Of a stretch of 64,000 bases of DNA, positions 36,101 through 47,025 are shown piece after piece; the stretch's first letter is position 1; each line of letters starts with the position of its first letter. A program made the position numbers and the translations under genes. Source of the stretch: Phaeosaccion multiseriatum (Eukaryota > Protista > Ochrophyta, other classes); NCBI GenBank assembly GCA_965112735.1, contig OZ218952.1, positions 4,712,001 through 4,776,000 of the forward strand, written 5' to 3'. The notes under the pieces were generated by a model. The model did not search any database. It saw only the letters and a program-made list of their open reading frames with translations, and had not been told where the DNA came from.

Positions 36101-39100
36101 TGTGGTAGATTGTCCTGCCTAAGGGTTTCCGGTCATACATTCTGGGGTATAATAAGAATGTCGGTTTCCTAGGCACGCCCCGAGGGGGATCAACGGCTCT
36201 GGCGTTTCACCCTCCTCTTTGTGGGCACAAGCTTTGCATCAGCGAGTAGTAGAGATACATTATCAATACGGACACTGACGCTCCACCATAAGCGCAGCAT
36301 ATACTTGGTCCAAACCCCTGAACGTCTTTACTATCTCAGCTTAGCACAGAACTAGTTCTCGCTTTATTAAAGCTTTGGAAAGGAAAGAAAAACGACGGCA
36401 CATTTCTTCGAGGGGATCAGCGTTAGCTCACTACTTCGGAGACCAGCCAACAGCATCATGTCGGATAATGGATACACGCTCAAGGGAGAGTGGCCTACAC
36501 TATCGGGAGCGCGTCAGGTGGTATCCGTGGAGGAATTCCTTCACGTCTACAAGGCGAGGCAGGCCCAGAAAATGGCCGCCAGTAAAGCCGATGAGGTACT
36601 GCCGTTATCATCCCTCCTAAGTCCCGTGCTGCGCAACCAGTGTGCTCTGGACTGTGGGAAGGGAATGGACGAGATTGGGCAAAATGACGTTCTCAATTGG
36701 CTCAATGAGTTCGTTGCAAGGCAGCGCACACTGGAGGGAGCCAGCGGCGACACGCTGGAGACTTTGGCGGCCACCATCTCCATCAAGTACCACCCGGAGG
36801 TGCAAGGGCAGATGGAGGAGATTCGTCATGCATGGTCGGCATTGGGTTTGTTGGTCATGAAGAACGCCATTGGAGCGACCGTCTTGCACCTCCCCGGAGG
36901 AGCTGGCCACCTTAGGGTTGGCTTCCCGATATCCCCTGCAGCAGCAGAGAAGATGCAGATGGTGCGTCGCAGCATCATCAAGCGATTCGACAGCAAGCTT
37001 CTAGCAATCATTCGGGACAGGGAAGGGCGAAAGACGGATGGCAAGTGGGAAGACAACTGGACGGAATGGGAACAGATGGTGGAGACAGAGCTTCAGTTAT
37101 GGTTGACGGTTCGAGCCACAGCTCAGCGCGTGGGAGGCACAGCTGAGAGTTTCCTTCCGGGCCTTCCGCAACGAGCGGGAGGAGGAGCCAGTGCCAGTGA
37201 CGGCCATGGAAATGGCAATGGGAAGAATGGACGCCACAGCAAGCGGAAGCAGCAGCAGCAGAGGGAGCAGCAGTTGAAGAGGCTCAAGCAAGGGGCGGAG
37301 GATGCTTCGAGCGAGAGAGCTACCAACAAGGACGCAGCAGCCTCAGCTTCCCGAGACCAGGAAGGCAGACCCATCAAGCCACGTGGACGCACCCCCAAGT
37401 GCTGGTCCTGTGGAGAGCCGCATCGTCTCAACGAATGCACGACTACTTCTGAGGAGGATAAGAAGCGCATTGCGGCGGAGAAGGAGGCAGAGTGGAAGAA
37501 GAAGAAGAAGGAGACGGGACGCCCTGGGGTGAAGGCCGTATCCTCTTCTTTCGACCCACCGGCAGCGGGCGCCTCTGAGGCAGGCCCGGTCGCCATTGAC
37601 ATGAGGGGAGATCGCATGACTGCGACGCTCGTGGACGACAACGCCCCGGATGTGCGAATGTCGGTCCAAGCCTTATGGGACAGTGGGAGTGACGTGAGCA
37701 TGGTCATTGGAGGCCATTTGGCTCGCGCATTTGTGGCCAGCGGTGGTGGCGTAATCGAGGCTTGTGAGCCTACGGTATGCAAAACCGCCAATGGATCGGT
37801 GACTGCCAACGAGGTATTGAGGGGCAGTCACCTGGAGATCGAGTTGGGTCATGGCAGTGTGAGTACTGCGCAGATGAACAAGAAGTTCAAGACCATGCTC
37901 GTCCTCGACGGCTTGGGCAGCAGATTGATTCTGGGCAGGCCCTTGCACAAGGAACTGGGTATGGAATCGTTGGGCGAGCAGTTCAATAGGATTCATGCCA
38001 CCCGGGCGATGGAGGCCTTACAGAGGGAGCGGGACGCCGCTCCTCCTGTAGATGGGGCCGCTTCGGCCGGACAGAAGAGCGATGAGCACATGCACATCCT
38101 GAACTTTGAAGAATACGAAGAAACCCTAGTGAGCCCGGTGCCGACACTGGGGGTAGGAGCGCAGGAGGTCGCGGCTGAGTGCCCCCCTCCTGACGTTGGT
38201 GCAGAGGCACCAGGTGTTGACGCCATTGGTGGTCAGCCCCTAACTAATAAAGACCGAGAAGAGTGTGAAGGTGTACCAGATACTATTCAAGGGCCATCAG
38301 AGGGACACCCTCCCTCTGAGGCACGCCGCAGAGAGGTGCTAGGTCCCATTGTGGACAAAGCAATCACTGATCATGATTTCCCTGCGGAGCTGAGAGAGCC
38401 AATGATGGAAGCTCTCTTAGAGTTTGATGTGTGGCGGGATGAGTTGCTATATAGCGATGGCCCCGCAAATGTAGAGCCAATGGAGGTGACATTTACCGAC
38501 ACGGTACCGAGCTCCCGTCTCCCCATAAGGCAACAAGGCGCAAAGGGTGCTTTTGTGAACGACTTTTGCAACAAGTTGATAGACAAAGGCCTGGGTTACA
38601 GCAACCCGCAGAGCGCCCATGGTAGCCCGGCTTTTGCAGTAGGCAAGCCCGGCAAGCCAGGCAAGTACCGTATCGTCTGTGACTTTAGAGCAGTCAACGA
38701 AAAGGTACAGAAGGTCGATTTTGGAATGATGAACATTGATGATGCGGTCGCTGCCATGTTGGACTGCCTATGGTTCATCGAGATAGATGGGGTTGACATG
38801 TATTGGCAATTCCCACTAGGCAAGCTGAGCCAAGTTGCTCACACCTATATATTCCCAAATGGCAAAGTGACGCCAACTCGAGTGCCCCAAGGGGCTAAGA
38901 ACTCGGGCGCTTACGTCCAAGGCCAGATGACCCACCTCTTTCGCAAAGAATTGTGCAAGACCCACGCCGTCTACATCGACAACGTAGCGTACTGGGCAAA
39001 GGTGGGAGAGGAGATGGTGCGCCTCACTCGACTGACGATGAAGCGCCTCCACAGCGCCAACATCAAGATAGGGTTGAGCTCTTTCCGCTTCGGCAAAGAG

Positions 39101-42017
39101 CTTAAGTTCTTAGGCCGCGTGCACGACCGACGCGGCACGCGACATGACCCCGCCAGAGTGCAGGGTCTGACCAGTCTCGCGGCCCCCGAGACGGCTGGAG
39201 ATTTGATGACTTTCCTCTGCAGCCTGCAGTGGTTTCATCGATACATCCAGGACTTCGCTAAGCTAGTGGGTCCTTTGAACGCGCTGTTGAACAAAGCCCT
39301 CGGGCAGGCTAACGCTAAGCCTCATCAGCACAAGCGCTCCAAGGCAGTGGCCAAGACGATTCCATTGGCTTCTGTGGGGTGGAACACAGAGCACGACGAC
39401 GCTTTCTTCCAGATTAAGCGCGTCCTTGCACAGAACACGGTGCTGTCGCACCCAGACCCAACCAAACTGGCACTGGTATTCCCAGATGCTAGCGACCTCT
39501 ACTGGGGATGTATGATTACATACATCGACCCCAAAGAGCTGTGCCTTCCGGTACATGAGATGAACCACATCCCGGTGGCCTTCGGCTCAGGCGCTTTTGA
39601 AGGCGCAGAGCTGAGGCGTGCCACCATAGACAAGGAAGGAGACGCGACACTCCGAGGCTTGATCCAGAACGAGTACGCCTTGGTCGGGGCACAGAAAGTG
39701 CACATCTTTTGCGACCATCGCAACCTGGCGTTCATGATGAGCAACGACAGCAGGTACCCGGGCATGACTAAGCCTATGAGGGACAGGCTGCAGCGTCAGG
39801 CCGTGCGCCTTCAGAGCTTTGACTACGTCATTGTCCACTTCCCTGGTCATCTCCATGATTGGGCCGACCCCATTAGCAGGCGGTACACGCAACCGGTGAG
39901 CCTCACCCCTAGTGTGCTCGCTTTGGGCAAGTTTGGGCCCATGCAAGTGTTTGACACTATGTGTGACGACTTCACTTGGCCCTCCAAGACTGAGATTGCC
40001 AGTCTGCAGGCAGACGCTCTTCAGGAGCTCCAGCAGGCTAGCAAGGAGGTGGGAGAGAACGGGCGCCGCCTGCTCCTTTCATCAGTTGGCGACGACGGGT
40101 TGATTCGAGCGTGCCATCCGACGAGCAACCCCGCTGACAGCACCCGCATTTGGATTCCCTCGGTGGGAGCCAAGGCGGAGGACATGCACCTGAGACTGTG
40201 TGTGACTGGCCATCAGGGTATGATGGGCCATCAGGGAGAGACAAATACCTTGAGTGCTATTAAGGAGAAGTTCATTTGGCACTCGCTAGACAAGGACGTG
40301 CGAAGCCTCGTTCAGAACTGTCTCCACTGCCTCACCAACGGCAAGGGCGAGAGAGTGCCTCGCCCCCTGCTAGCTCAATGGCACGCTACTGGACCCCAGC
40401 AGCTCATCTGGTTTGACTTCGTCAAGATTGGCGATGGAGTTATATGGGCAGAGTCCCCAGAAGGGTTCATGAAGCTTCATGTGAAGCAAGTGCTGTGCAT
40501 CTTTGATGACTTCTCGTCATTGTCAATGTATGAGCCATGCTTGGAAGCTACTGCACGAGTGTGTGCACGCGGTCTATTGCGCTGGTTCGCACAGCATGGC
40601 GTAGTGCCCAGATGGCAGAGTGACCGAGGCAGTCATTTCTTAAATGAAGTGATACGTGAGCTAAGTCAGCTCTTGCGGTGCAACCACCACTTTGTGGTAG
40701 CACACAACCCATATAGTCGAGGATTGGGCGAGCGTGGTGTACAGACATTGCAGAAGATCATGAGATCAATGATGTCTGAGCTACGACAGCCGCCCGAGAC
40801 ATGGCCGCAACTACTGCCAGTGATGGAGGCTGTTGAGAACAGCTCCAACAAGAGCAGTCGGTCTAGCATGTCTCCCATCCAGCTGCACAGCGGTCACATA
40901 CCACAGCGGCCTCTCGACACGATTCTGATCCACGATGCGGATCGACTGCAAAAGGTTCGGCTACTGCAGCTGACCCCGGCGCAGAGAGACACCCTTGCAA
41001 CACAACTCCATCAGAGGAAGGAGGGGCAGCGCGCCGAAGCGGAGCGTCATTTGACCACCCTCCGCGATCACAAGCGAGATGGCATCAACCAGAGGCTGAT
41101 GAGCGGCAGACGTGGTGCAGAGCATCGTCAGGACTTGGCCAGAGCTAAGCAGCTCAACAGCGAGACGCTGTTTCAGGTCGGAGTCTATGTGCTCGTGGCA
41201 ACAGTAGGGCCCACAAGCAAGATACTAGGCAAGTGGCATGGACCCTGCCGAGTACTTGAAGCCCTTGAGCAGCACGTATACAAGGTGGAAGAGCTGGTAG
41301 GCAAGAAGCGTACTTCTGAGGTACATGTCAGCCGCCTCCGATACTATTGCGGTGCTCACGTGAACGTCACCACCGACGTACTACAGCAGATTTCATACAA
41401 CACCCAAGACTTTGTGGTGGAGGCTTTTGAAGGCCTCGTTAAGCACGCAGATGGTTCATGGCATGTCATTGTTAAGTGGCGTGGCTTTGAAGCCCTCGAG
41501 AATAGCGAGGAGCCCATCGAGACACTGCATGAGGACACTCCACGTTTACTGGAGACCTACCTGCAGAAACATCCGGACAAGCAATTAGTCAGCGCAGTCC
41601 GAGCCTATCTCCGCACCCTTGCGACACGACAGGCAGCCCAGAAGCAGCGCGCCGATCGCCGCACTTCTTCGGCCCGCGCTCCGGCGCGACCTGCGCGCAC
41701 GCGCAAGAGGACAAACACCGGATAGACACATTTGCTTCCGAGTCGACTCGAACTGTCGCTTGGGGGTAGTGTGGTAGATTGTCCTGCCTAAGGGTTTCCG
41801 GTCATACATTCTGGGGTATAATAAGAATGTCGGTTTCCTAGGCACGCCCCGAGGGGGATCAACGGCTCTGGCGTTTCACCCTCCTCTTTGTGGGCACAAG
41901 CTTTGCATCAGCGAGTAGTAGAGATACATTATCAATACGGACACTGACGCTCCACCATAAGCGCAGCATATACTTGGTCCAAACCCCTGAACGTCTTTAC
42001 TATCTCAGCTTAGCACA
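36101..42017 (+). mobile_element. Element E: intact Gypsy chromovirus
   Basis: Apparently identical 248-bp LTRs at 36101-36348 and 41770-42017. 4-bp TSD CCGA. Short purine tract before the 3' LTR. Confidence 0.97.
36458..41725 (+). CDS. Single-ORF Gag-Pol of E (CCHC, protease, RT, RNase H, integrase, chromodomain), 1755 aa
   Basis: CWSCGEPHRLNEC, LWDSGS, YIDN, FPDASD, CDHRNL, HHCC, QSDRGSHF, chromo VIVKWRGF..EEP. Confidence 0.96.
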   Translation: MSDNGYTLKGEWPTLSGARQVVSVEEFLHVYKARQAQKMAASKADEVLPLSSLLSPVLRNQCALDCGKGMDEIGQNDVLNWLNEFVARQRTLEGASGDTLETLAATISIKYHPEVQGQMEEIRHAWSALGLLVMKNAIGATVLHLPGGAGHLRVGFPISPAAAEKMQMVRRSIIKRFDSKLLAIIRDREGRKTDGKWEDNWTEWEQMVETELQLWLTVRATAQRVGGTAESFLPGLPQRAGGGASASDGHGNGNGKNGRHSKRKQQQQREQQLKRLKQGAEDASSERATNKDAAASASRDQEGRPIKPRGRTPKCWSCGEPHRLNECTTTSEEDKKRIAAEKEAEWKKKKKETGRPGVKAVSSSFDPPAAGASEAGPVAIDMRGDRMTATLVDDNAPDVRMSVQALWDSGSDVSMVIGGHLARAFVASGGGVIEACEPTVCKTANGSVTANEVLRGSHLEIELGHGSVSTAQMNKKFKTMLVLDGLGSRLILGRPLHKELGMESLGEQFNRIHATRAMEALQRERDAAPPVDGAASAGQKSDEHMHILNFEEYEETLVSPVPTLGVGAQEVAAECPPPDVGAEAPGVDAIGGQPLTNKDREECEGVPDTIQGPSEGHPPSEARRREVLGPIVDKAITDHDFPAELREPMMEALLEFDVWRDELLYSDGPANVEPMEVTFTDTVPSSRLPIRQQGAKGAFVNDFCNKLIDKGLGYSNPQSAHGSPAFAVGKPGKPGKYRIVCDFRAVNEKVQKVDFGMMNIDDAVAAMLDCLWFIEIDGVDMYWQFPLGKLSQVAHTYIFPNGKVTPTRVPQGAKNSGAYVQGQMTHLFRKELCKTHAVYIDNVAYWAKVGEEMVRLTRLTMKRLHSANIKIGLSSFRFGKELKFLGRVHDRRGTRHDPARVQGLTSLAAPETAGDLMTFLCSLQWFHRYIQDFAKLVGPLNALLNKALGQANAKPHQHKRSKAVAKTIPLASVGWNTEHDDAFFQIKRVLAQNTVLSHPDPTKLALVFPDASDLYWGCMITYIDPKELCLPVHEMNHIPVAFGSGAFEGAELRRATIDKEGDATLRGLIQNEYALVGAQKVHIFCDHRNLAFMMSNDSRYPGMTKPMRDRLQRQAVRLQSFDYVIVHFPGHLHDWADPISRRYTQPVSLTPSVLALGKFGPMQVFDTMCDDFTWPSKTEIASLQADALQELQQASKEVGENGRRLLLSSVGDDGLIRACHPTSNPADSTRIWIPSVGAKAEDMHLRLCVTGHQGMMGHQGETNTLSAIKEKFIWHSLDKDVRSLVQNCLHCLTNGKGERVPRPLLAQWHATGPQQLIWFDFVKIGDGVIWAESPEGFMKLHVKQVLCIFDDFSSLSMYEPCLEATARVCARGLLRWFAQHGVVPRWQSDRGSHFLNEVIRELSQLLRCNHHFVVAHNPYSRGLGERGVQTLQKIMRSMMSELRQPPETWPQLLPVMEAVENSSNKSSRSSMSPIQLHSGHIPQRPLDTILIHDADRLQKVRLLQLTPAQRDTLATQLHQRKEGQRAEAERHLTTLRDHKRDGINQRLMSGRRGAEHRQDLARAKQLNSETLFQVGVYVLVATVGPTSKILGKWHGPCRVLEALEQHVYKVEELVGKKRTSEVHVSRLRYYCGAHVNVTTDVLQQISYNTQDFVVEAFEGLVKHADGSWHVIVKWRGFEALENSEEPIETLHEDTPRLLETYLQKHPDKQLVSAVRAYLRTLATRQAAQKQRADRRTSSARAPARPARTRKRTNTG

Positions 42018-42021
42018 CCGA

Positions 42022-44861
42022 CTATCAAGAGGTCAATCTGCGCACCCTTCGCTCGCGCTTTCCCATGCCAAACCTTAGCGAAATTTGCGCTAGGATGAGG
42101 GGGGCTCGCTTCTTTTGTGAGCTAGACCTCGCCAACATGTTTTGGCAACTCCCTTTGGCTCTCCAAAGCCAGGAGATTCTGACCTACTGCACTCCGGATG
42201 GGAAATTCACTCCCACCAGAGTCACTCAAGGCATTCTCAATGCCAGCGAGTTTGCTCAGAGCACTCTGTCCAAGTGCCTCAGCGAGCACTTCGGCACCAA
42301 CCTCGTCACTTGGATCGACAACATCACCATTTGGGCACACACGGAGGAGGAGTTCCGCTCCATTCTCCAGTCTGTGCTTGATGCTCTCGCCAAGGCTGGC
42401 TTCAAGCTTGGCCTCTCTGGCATCTCTCTAGGGAACTCTCAGAAGTTCTGTGGCAAGATCTATGACGGGGAAGGGGTTAAGCATGACCCTGCCAAGATCC
42501 AGGGCTTACTCGACCTCGAGCCACCTCAAAATGGGGCTGAGCTCATTCAATTCACTGCTGCATGTGGTTGGATGAGAGACAGCATTCCCGAATTTGCACG
42601 CATCGTCGCTCCTCTTTTGGAGCTGCAACACAGCGTCTTCAACAAGGCAGCGGCCAATCGCCAGCAGCGTCGCCATCCTGAAACTGCCTCTACTGCAACT
42701 CCTCGCACTAAGCGTGTTGCCCGCTCCATCTCCCTCTCTTCTGTGGGGTGGGGCCCTACACATACGGCCGCCTTTCAAGAGATGAAAGACGCGTTGGCTA
42801 CTCAGACCAAGCTTGCTTATCCTGATCCCGACAAGGCCCGCTGTAGCTTTCCAGATGCCAGCAACCCTCACTGGGGCAATGTGGTCACTCAGATTCCTAC
42901 AGAGGACTTAGGCAAGCCAGTGGCCGAACAACGTCATGAACCTCTTGCCTGGCTCAGCGGTAGTTATACCGGCGCCCAGTGCAACTATGGCACCATCGAC
43001 AAGGAGGCTTTTGCTATTTTGCAAGTCTTTGAGCGCCTACCGTGGCTAGTATCTGGGGTGCACCTCTTCATCTACACTGATCATCGCAACCTACAGTATT
43101 GCTTTAGGCCGAGCAGCATCATCAGTGATGTGCACAAGCCTTCACGCGAGCGCTTACAGCGTTGGTCAGTCTTTCTTTCGGGCTTCGACTACGAAATTGC
43201 CCACTTGAGCGGAGAACTGAATGTGTGGGGTGATATCATGTCGCGCTTCCGCTCACTCCCCAACTCTCCACCTGTATCTGTCGATCCTTCTTGTGATGAC
43301 ACAGTGCACGTGGCAGCCCTGGCGCGCAGCTTCGCTCCGGGTGCTATTCATGACTCTATGGACAGTGACTTCCTATGGCCCTCCATGGATGAGCTACGCT
43401 CTTCACAAGCAGCTGCTCAAGGAGACCTCACTCTTGAGGACCTCGCCAAGGCCCAAAGTCTCAAGTCCATTGTTCTGGATCAAATCCAAAACGTTCTTGT
43501 CATTCCCCTTTCGGAAACCTCCAACCCAATTTGGGTACCCAATGACGACATTGACCTACAGGTCCGACTTGCAGTCATCGCCCATCAAGGGTCTGCAGGC
43601 CATCGTGCCATTGACGTCACTCTGACAGTCCTTTCTGAGCGCTTCTACTGGAGCACAATGGCAAACAATGTTCAGAGCTTTGTCAATCATTGTCTTCATT
43701 GCCTGACCAACTCTAGTGGCCACCGTATTCCACGACCACTCCGTGGATCAGTGCACCCCACCAAGCCTAACCAGATGATTCATTTTGATTTCGTCCACAT
43801 GCATGACTTGGGCTGCACCACCTTGCCATATCTTCTCGTCATTGAAGACGCCTTTAGTGGTTACACCATGCTGAATGAGTGTGCCACCCCTACAGCGGAC
43901 GCCGCAGTCAGCGGACTGATGCGATGGTTCAGCACCTTTGGTGTGGTAACCAAATGGCAAAGCGACCGTGGTAGTCACTTTCTCAATCATGTGATGACGC
44001 TTAGCCACTGAGCTTCGCGCCCTTCATCGCTTCTCTGCCCCTTACTCTCCTTGGAGCAATGGCTTGGCAGAGCGAGCGGTTCGCACTACAGTTTCTGTGT
44101 ATCGCTCTCTTCTCTCGGAGTTTCGAATCTCCCCTGACGACTACAATTTACTCACACCTCTTGTGCAAGCTGCTATCAATACCACGATCAGCTCCACACG
44201 CAAAGAAACACCTCTCTACTTGCACACTGGTCTACGCTCGAAGACACCTCTTGATATCGTCTTGCAACGAGGCGACTCCTTTGACGTCAACTTTCAGTCC
44301 ACTTCGATCACTCCAAAGCAACTCCAAACTTATGGAGCACAGCTACAAGCCGTTTTGGACGACAGACATGCTGCAGTGGCTGCTCGCCTAGAGCACTCTC
44401 GAGCGACGGCTCGCACTCGCCACAACAGACGTCTGGAACTGACCTCTCTCGGACACCAGCATCGTAGGGAAATGGCCATCTCGGCTGACCTCAACTATGA
44501 GGGCCTCTACATGCCGGGCATTTATGTTCTTGTTGCTTCTAACAGCCGCTACTCCAAGCTTTCCGGAGTCTGGCAAGGCCCCTATCGTCTACTCGAGGAG
44601 ATTGACACCCTCGTTTACAAAGTGGAACATCTTGTTTCTAAGCAAACTTCTGAGGTACATGCTTGTCGCTTACGCTACTATGCCGATCAGCATCTCAACG
44701 TCACCACTCAACTCTTGCACCAGATCTCACATGACTCTGCTTCTTGGGTTGTCTCTTCCTTCACGGATCTTCAACGACCGTCGCAAGGCGATTCCTGGAA
44801 GGTCTACACCTTCTGGAAGGGCTTCAATGCCGCTGACGCTACATGGGAACCTCTGTCATGC
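42022..44861 (+). pseudogene. pol: Pol of D (RT, RNase H, integrase, chromodomain start), frameshift near 44005
   Basis: ELDLANMFWQ, WIDN, FPDAS, YTDHRNL, CLHC, QSDRGSHF, GPY. Confidence 0.92.
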
Positions 44862-45294
44862 TGTTGGAAGGCCTCAGAGTGAGAAGGACCATAAGTCAAT
44901 GGTCGGTGTGTCCTATATTACGTAGATTCTGAGTGGAGGAGGACGTCAGAACGGTGATCTTGGTATAAGGAGAGCCTAGCAGCAGGGCTTGCAAACGGGT
45001 TCCATCCCGTATAATATATCAAGTGTTACCACTTGTCTAAGCGGCTTAGGTCGCTTTTACAACCCGTTTTGACACAATTGCTGGTGAGGATATCCGAAAA
45101 ACAAAGGAAGGAGAGGAAGGAAGGACAGGACCGGGAAGGCAGGAGGCACACAGGCCATCTAGGACCAGACTCGGAGGCGGTAGGCAGTACCAGCACACGG
45201 CCTACAGGGGACAGTGGCTGCCACAGCGGTGGGCAGAGGATAGGCAGCAGGCAGGGAGCGAACAGCAGAAGCGGCACAGCTGTGTGGAGGTGAC

Positions 45295-46989
45295 GTGAGG
45301 GGCGCTCGGTCGGCCACAGCGGCACCCATGGCGGATTCTCCCACCAGTGTGGTCCCGAGTGGTGTTCGGACTCGCGCCCAGCGCGCTGCCGCTGAGGAAA
45401 CACGTGCTGCAGGCGAGGCAACAGCGACGGTCACGCCCCCATCTACTCCTCGTACGTCAGGATTTCTCCAGCGTCTCTCTGGTGGTCTCACTGGGTTCCT
45501 CTCTCGGCAGTCGGTGGCCCTCTCGGCGGCTGACGAGGCGGAGGTGGACGCTCAGGCTGAGCGGGATGTGGACCGGGTTATACAGGCGGGCGATCTGCAT
45601 GCTGCGGCCCTCGAGGCTGATGCCGCGGCTGGAGCGGTGGAGGAGGAGGAGGAGGAGAATTCGGAGGAGGAGGAGGAGGAGGAGGAGGAGGCGGAGGCGG
45701 AGGAGGAGGAAGGGACGGCTTCGGCGGCAGCGGGGATGGCAGGGGGTACTGTGGGCGCTGTGGCAGACGGCAGGGCTGCGACTGCTGCAGCCCCGACGGT
45801 AGCGGAGGCAGCGGGCGGCATCGCTGTCGGTGACGGGTTGGGGGTGCAGCAGCGGTTGCTAGCGGCTCAGATGTTGGGGCTGCAGCAGCAGATGGCCAGT
45901 TTGCATCTCCAAGCCTTGCCGACCGGTGGCCCTGTGCTGGGGGGGGGGGTGCAGACGATTCGGAGCTTGCCCGCTAAACTCTCTCTCATGCCCACGCTCA
46001 CCTGGGGCATGACGCACCGGGCCACGTTGGAGGTCGTCTCCGAGTGGATGCAGCAGCTGGAGTCCTGGGGCTACATGCGGCACGGGGAGGTGAAGGAAGA
46101 GCAGTGGGTGGAGGTGCAGCGTCTCATGACTGAGGGTTTCTCGGTGATGGAGCGGAGTAAGCTCGATACAGCGGTGAGTGTGGAGATGTCTGCACCTGAC
46201 ACTCCGCCTTTCTACCACGCGGCCGTGAGGGCGCTATTCCGGTTCTTTCACACGGTCGAGCTGCCGAGCGCCGCGGTGGTACGGAGCCTGGTGACGTCCG
46301 AGTTGACGGGCTGCATGGAGTCCAATCTCAAGCTGGTGACGGGGGTGTATCAGGTTAACGGCCTCAGGGCCTTGTTGGCGCAGGTCGGCGGCGATGCTCT
46401 GGCCGCCATCGTGGATCAGGAGGGGATGGCGGTTCTGGAGGCTCAAGCCATGCATCGGCGCAGGGGCATCAGTCAGCAGTCGCTCACCAACGCCATCCTG
46501 CAGGAGGTGAACATGGCGATGGCACACAAGCACTCCTGGGCGGCCTTGGGGACTATGTTGGAGCGGAAGTGCCCCCAGGAGTTCGAGCAGGTGCGCATGG
46601 ATCACAGCCAGTTGTCGTGCGGGGGTGGCGGTCGTGGCGGTGGTGGTGGGGGCGGTGGGGGTGGCAGGCCTAGGAGGGAGAGCATGGACATCAACGCCGT
46701 GGATCTGCCGGCTTCTGCTGCCGCTACCACCTCCATGGCGGCATCGGGTGCCACCCCGCAGACTGTGGGGGCCGTGGTGCCGGCTCTGCACGCGCCGGCG
46801 GATCGCTGCTATGGGTGTGGTCAGACAGGGCACTTCCGTTTTGGGTGTAATGTGGTGCCCCCAACCCCGGGCCTGAAGCGCGCGTTGATGAAGCAATTGA
46901 AGCGGAAGCTGGCGGAGGACCCGGATTTCGACGCCATCTCCGAGATGGTTAGGGGCGTGCAGGCAGAGGCAGCGGGTGGTCTGTTGTGA
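45295..46989 (+). CDS. gag: Gag of C (likely ATG at 45328)
   Basis: 564-aa ORF with a CCHC knuckle. Confidence 0.9.
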   Translation: MRGARSATAAPMADSPTSVVPSGVRTRAQRAAAEETRAAGEATATVTPPSTPRTSGFLQRLSGGLTGFLSRQSVALSAADEAEVDAQAERDVDRVIQAGDLHAAALEADAAAGAVEEEEEENSEEEEEEEEEAEAEEEEGTASAAAGMAGGTVGAVADGRAATAAAPTVAEAAGGIAVGDGLGVQQRLLAAQMLGLQQQMASLHLQALPTGGPVLGGGVQTIRSLPAKLSLMPTLTWGMTHRATLEVVSEWMQQLESWGYMRHGEVKEEQWVEVQRLMTEGFSVMERSKLDTAVSVEMSAPDTPPFYHAAVRALFRFFHTVELPSAAVVRSLVTSELTGCMESNLKLVTGVYQVNGLRALLAQVGGDALAAIVDQEGMAVLEAQAMHRRRGISQQSLTNAILQEVNMAMAHKHSWAALGTMLERKCPQEFEQVRMDHSQLSCGGGGRGGGGGGGGGGRPRRESMDINAVDLPASAAATTSMAASGATPQTVGAVVPALHAPADRCYGCGQTGHFRFGCNVVPPTPGLKRALMKQLKRKLAEDPDFDAISEMVRGVQAEAAGGLL

Positions 46990-47025
46990 CGATGCCCCGC
47001 CGCTACAGAGTCGGTAGCAGCGGGG
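46987..47025 (+). promoter_or_regulatory. Putative UGA readthrough signal (TGA-CGA + 31-nt hairpin)
   Basis: Gag and pol are in the same frame with only this stop between them. Hairpin 46995-47025. Equivalent structure in A at 32658-32696. Confidence 0.72.

Noticed and set aside
36349-36375. Self-priming or tRNA PBS in element E
   Set aside because: Only a 6-nt match (CTCGCT/AGCGAG) to the LTR and short palindromes; priming mode unresolved
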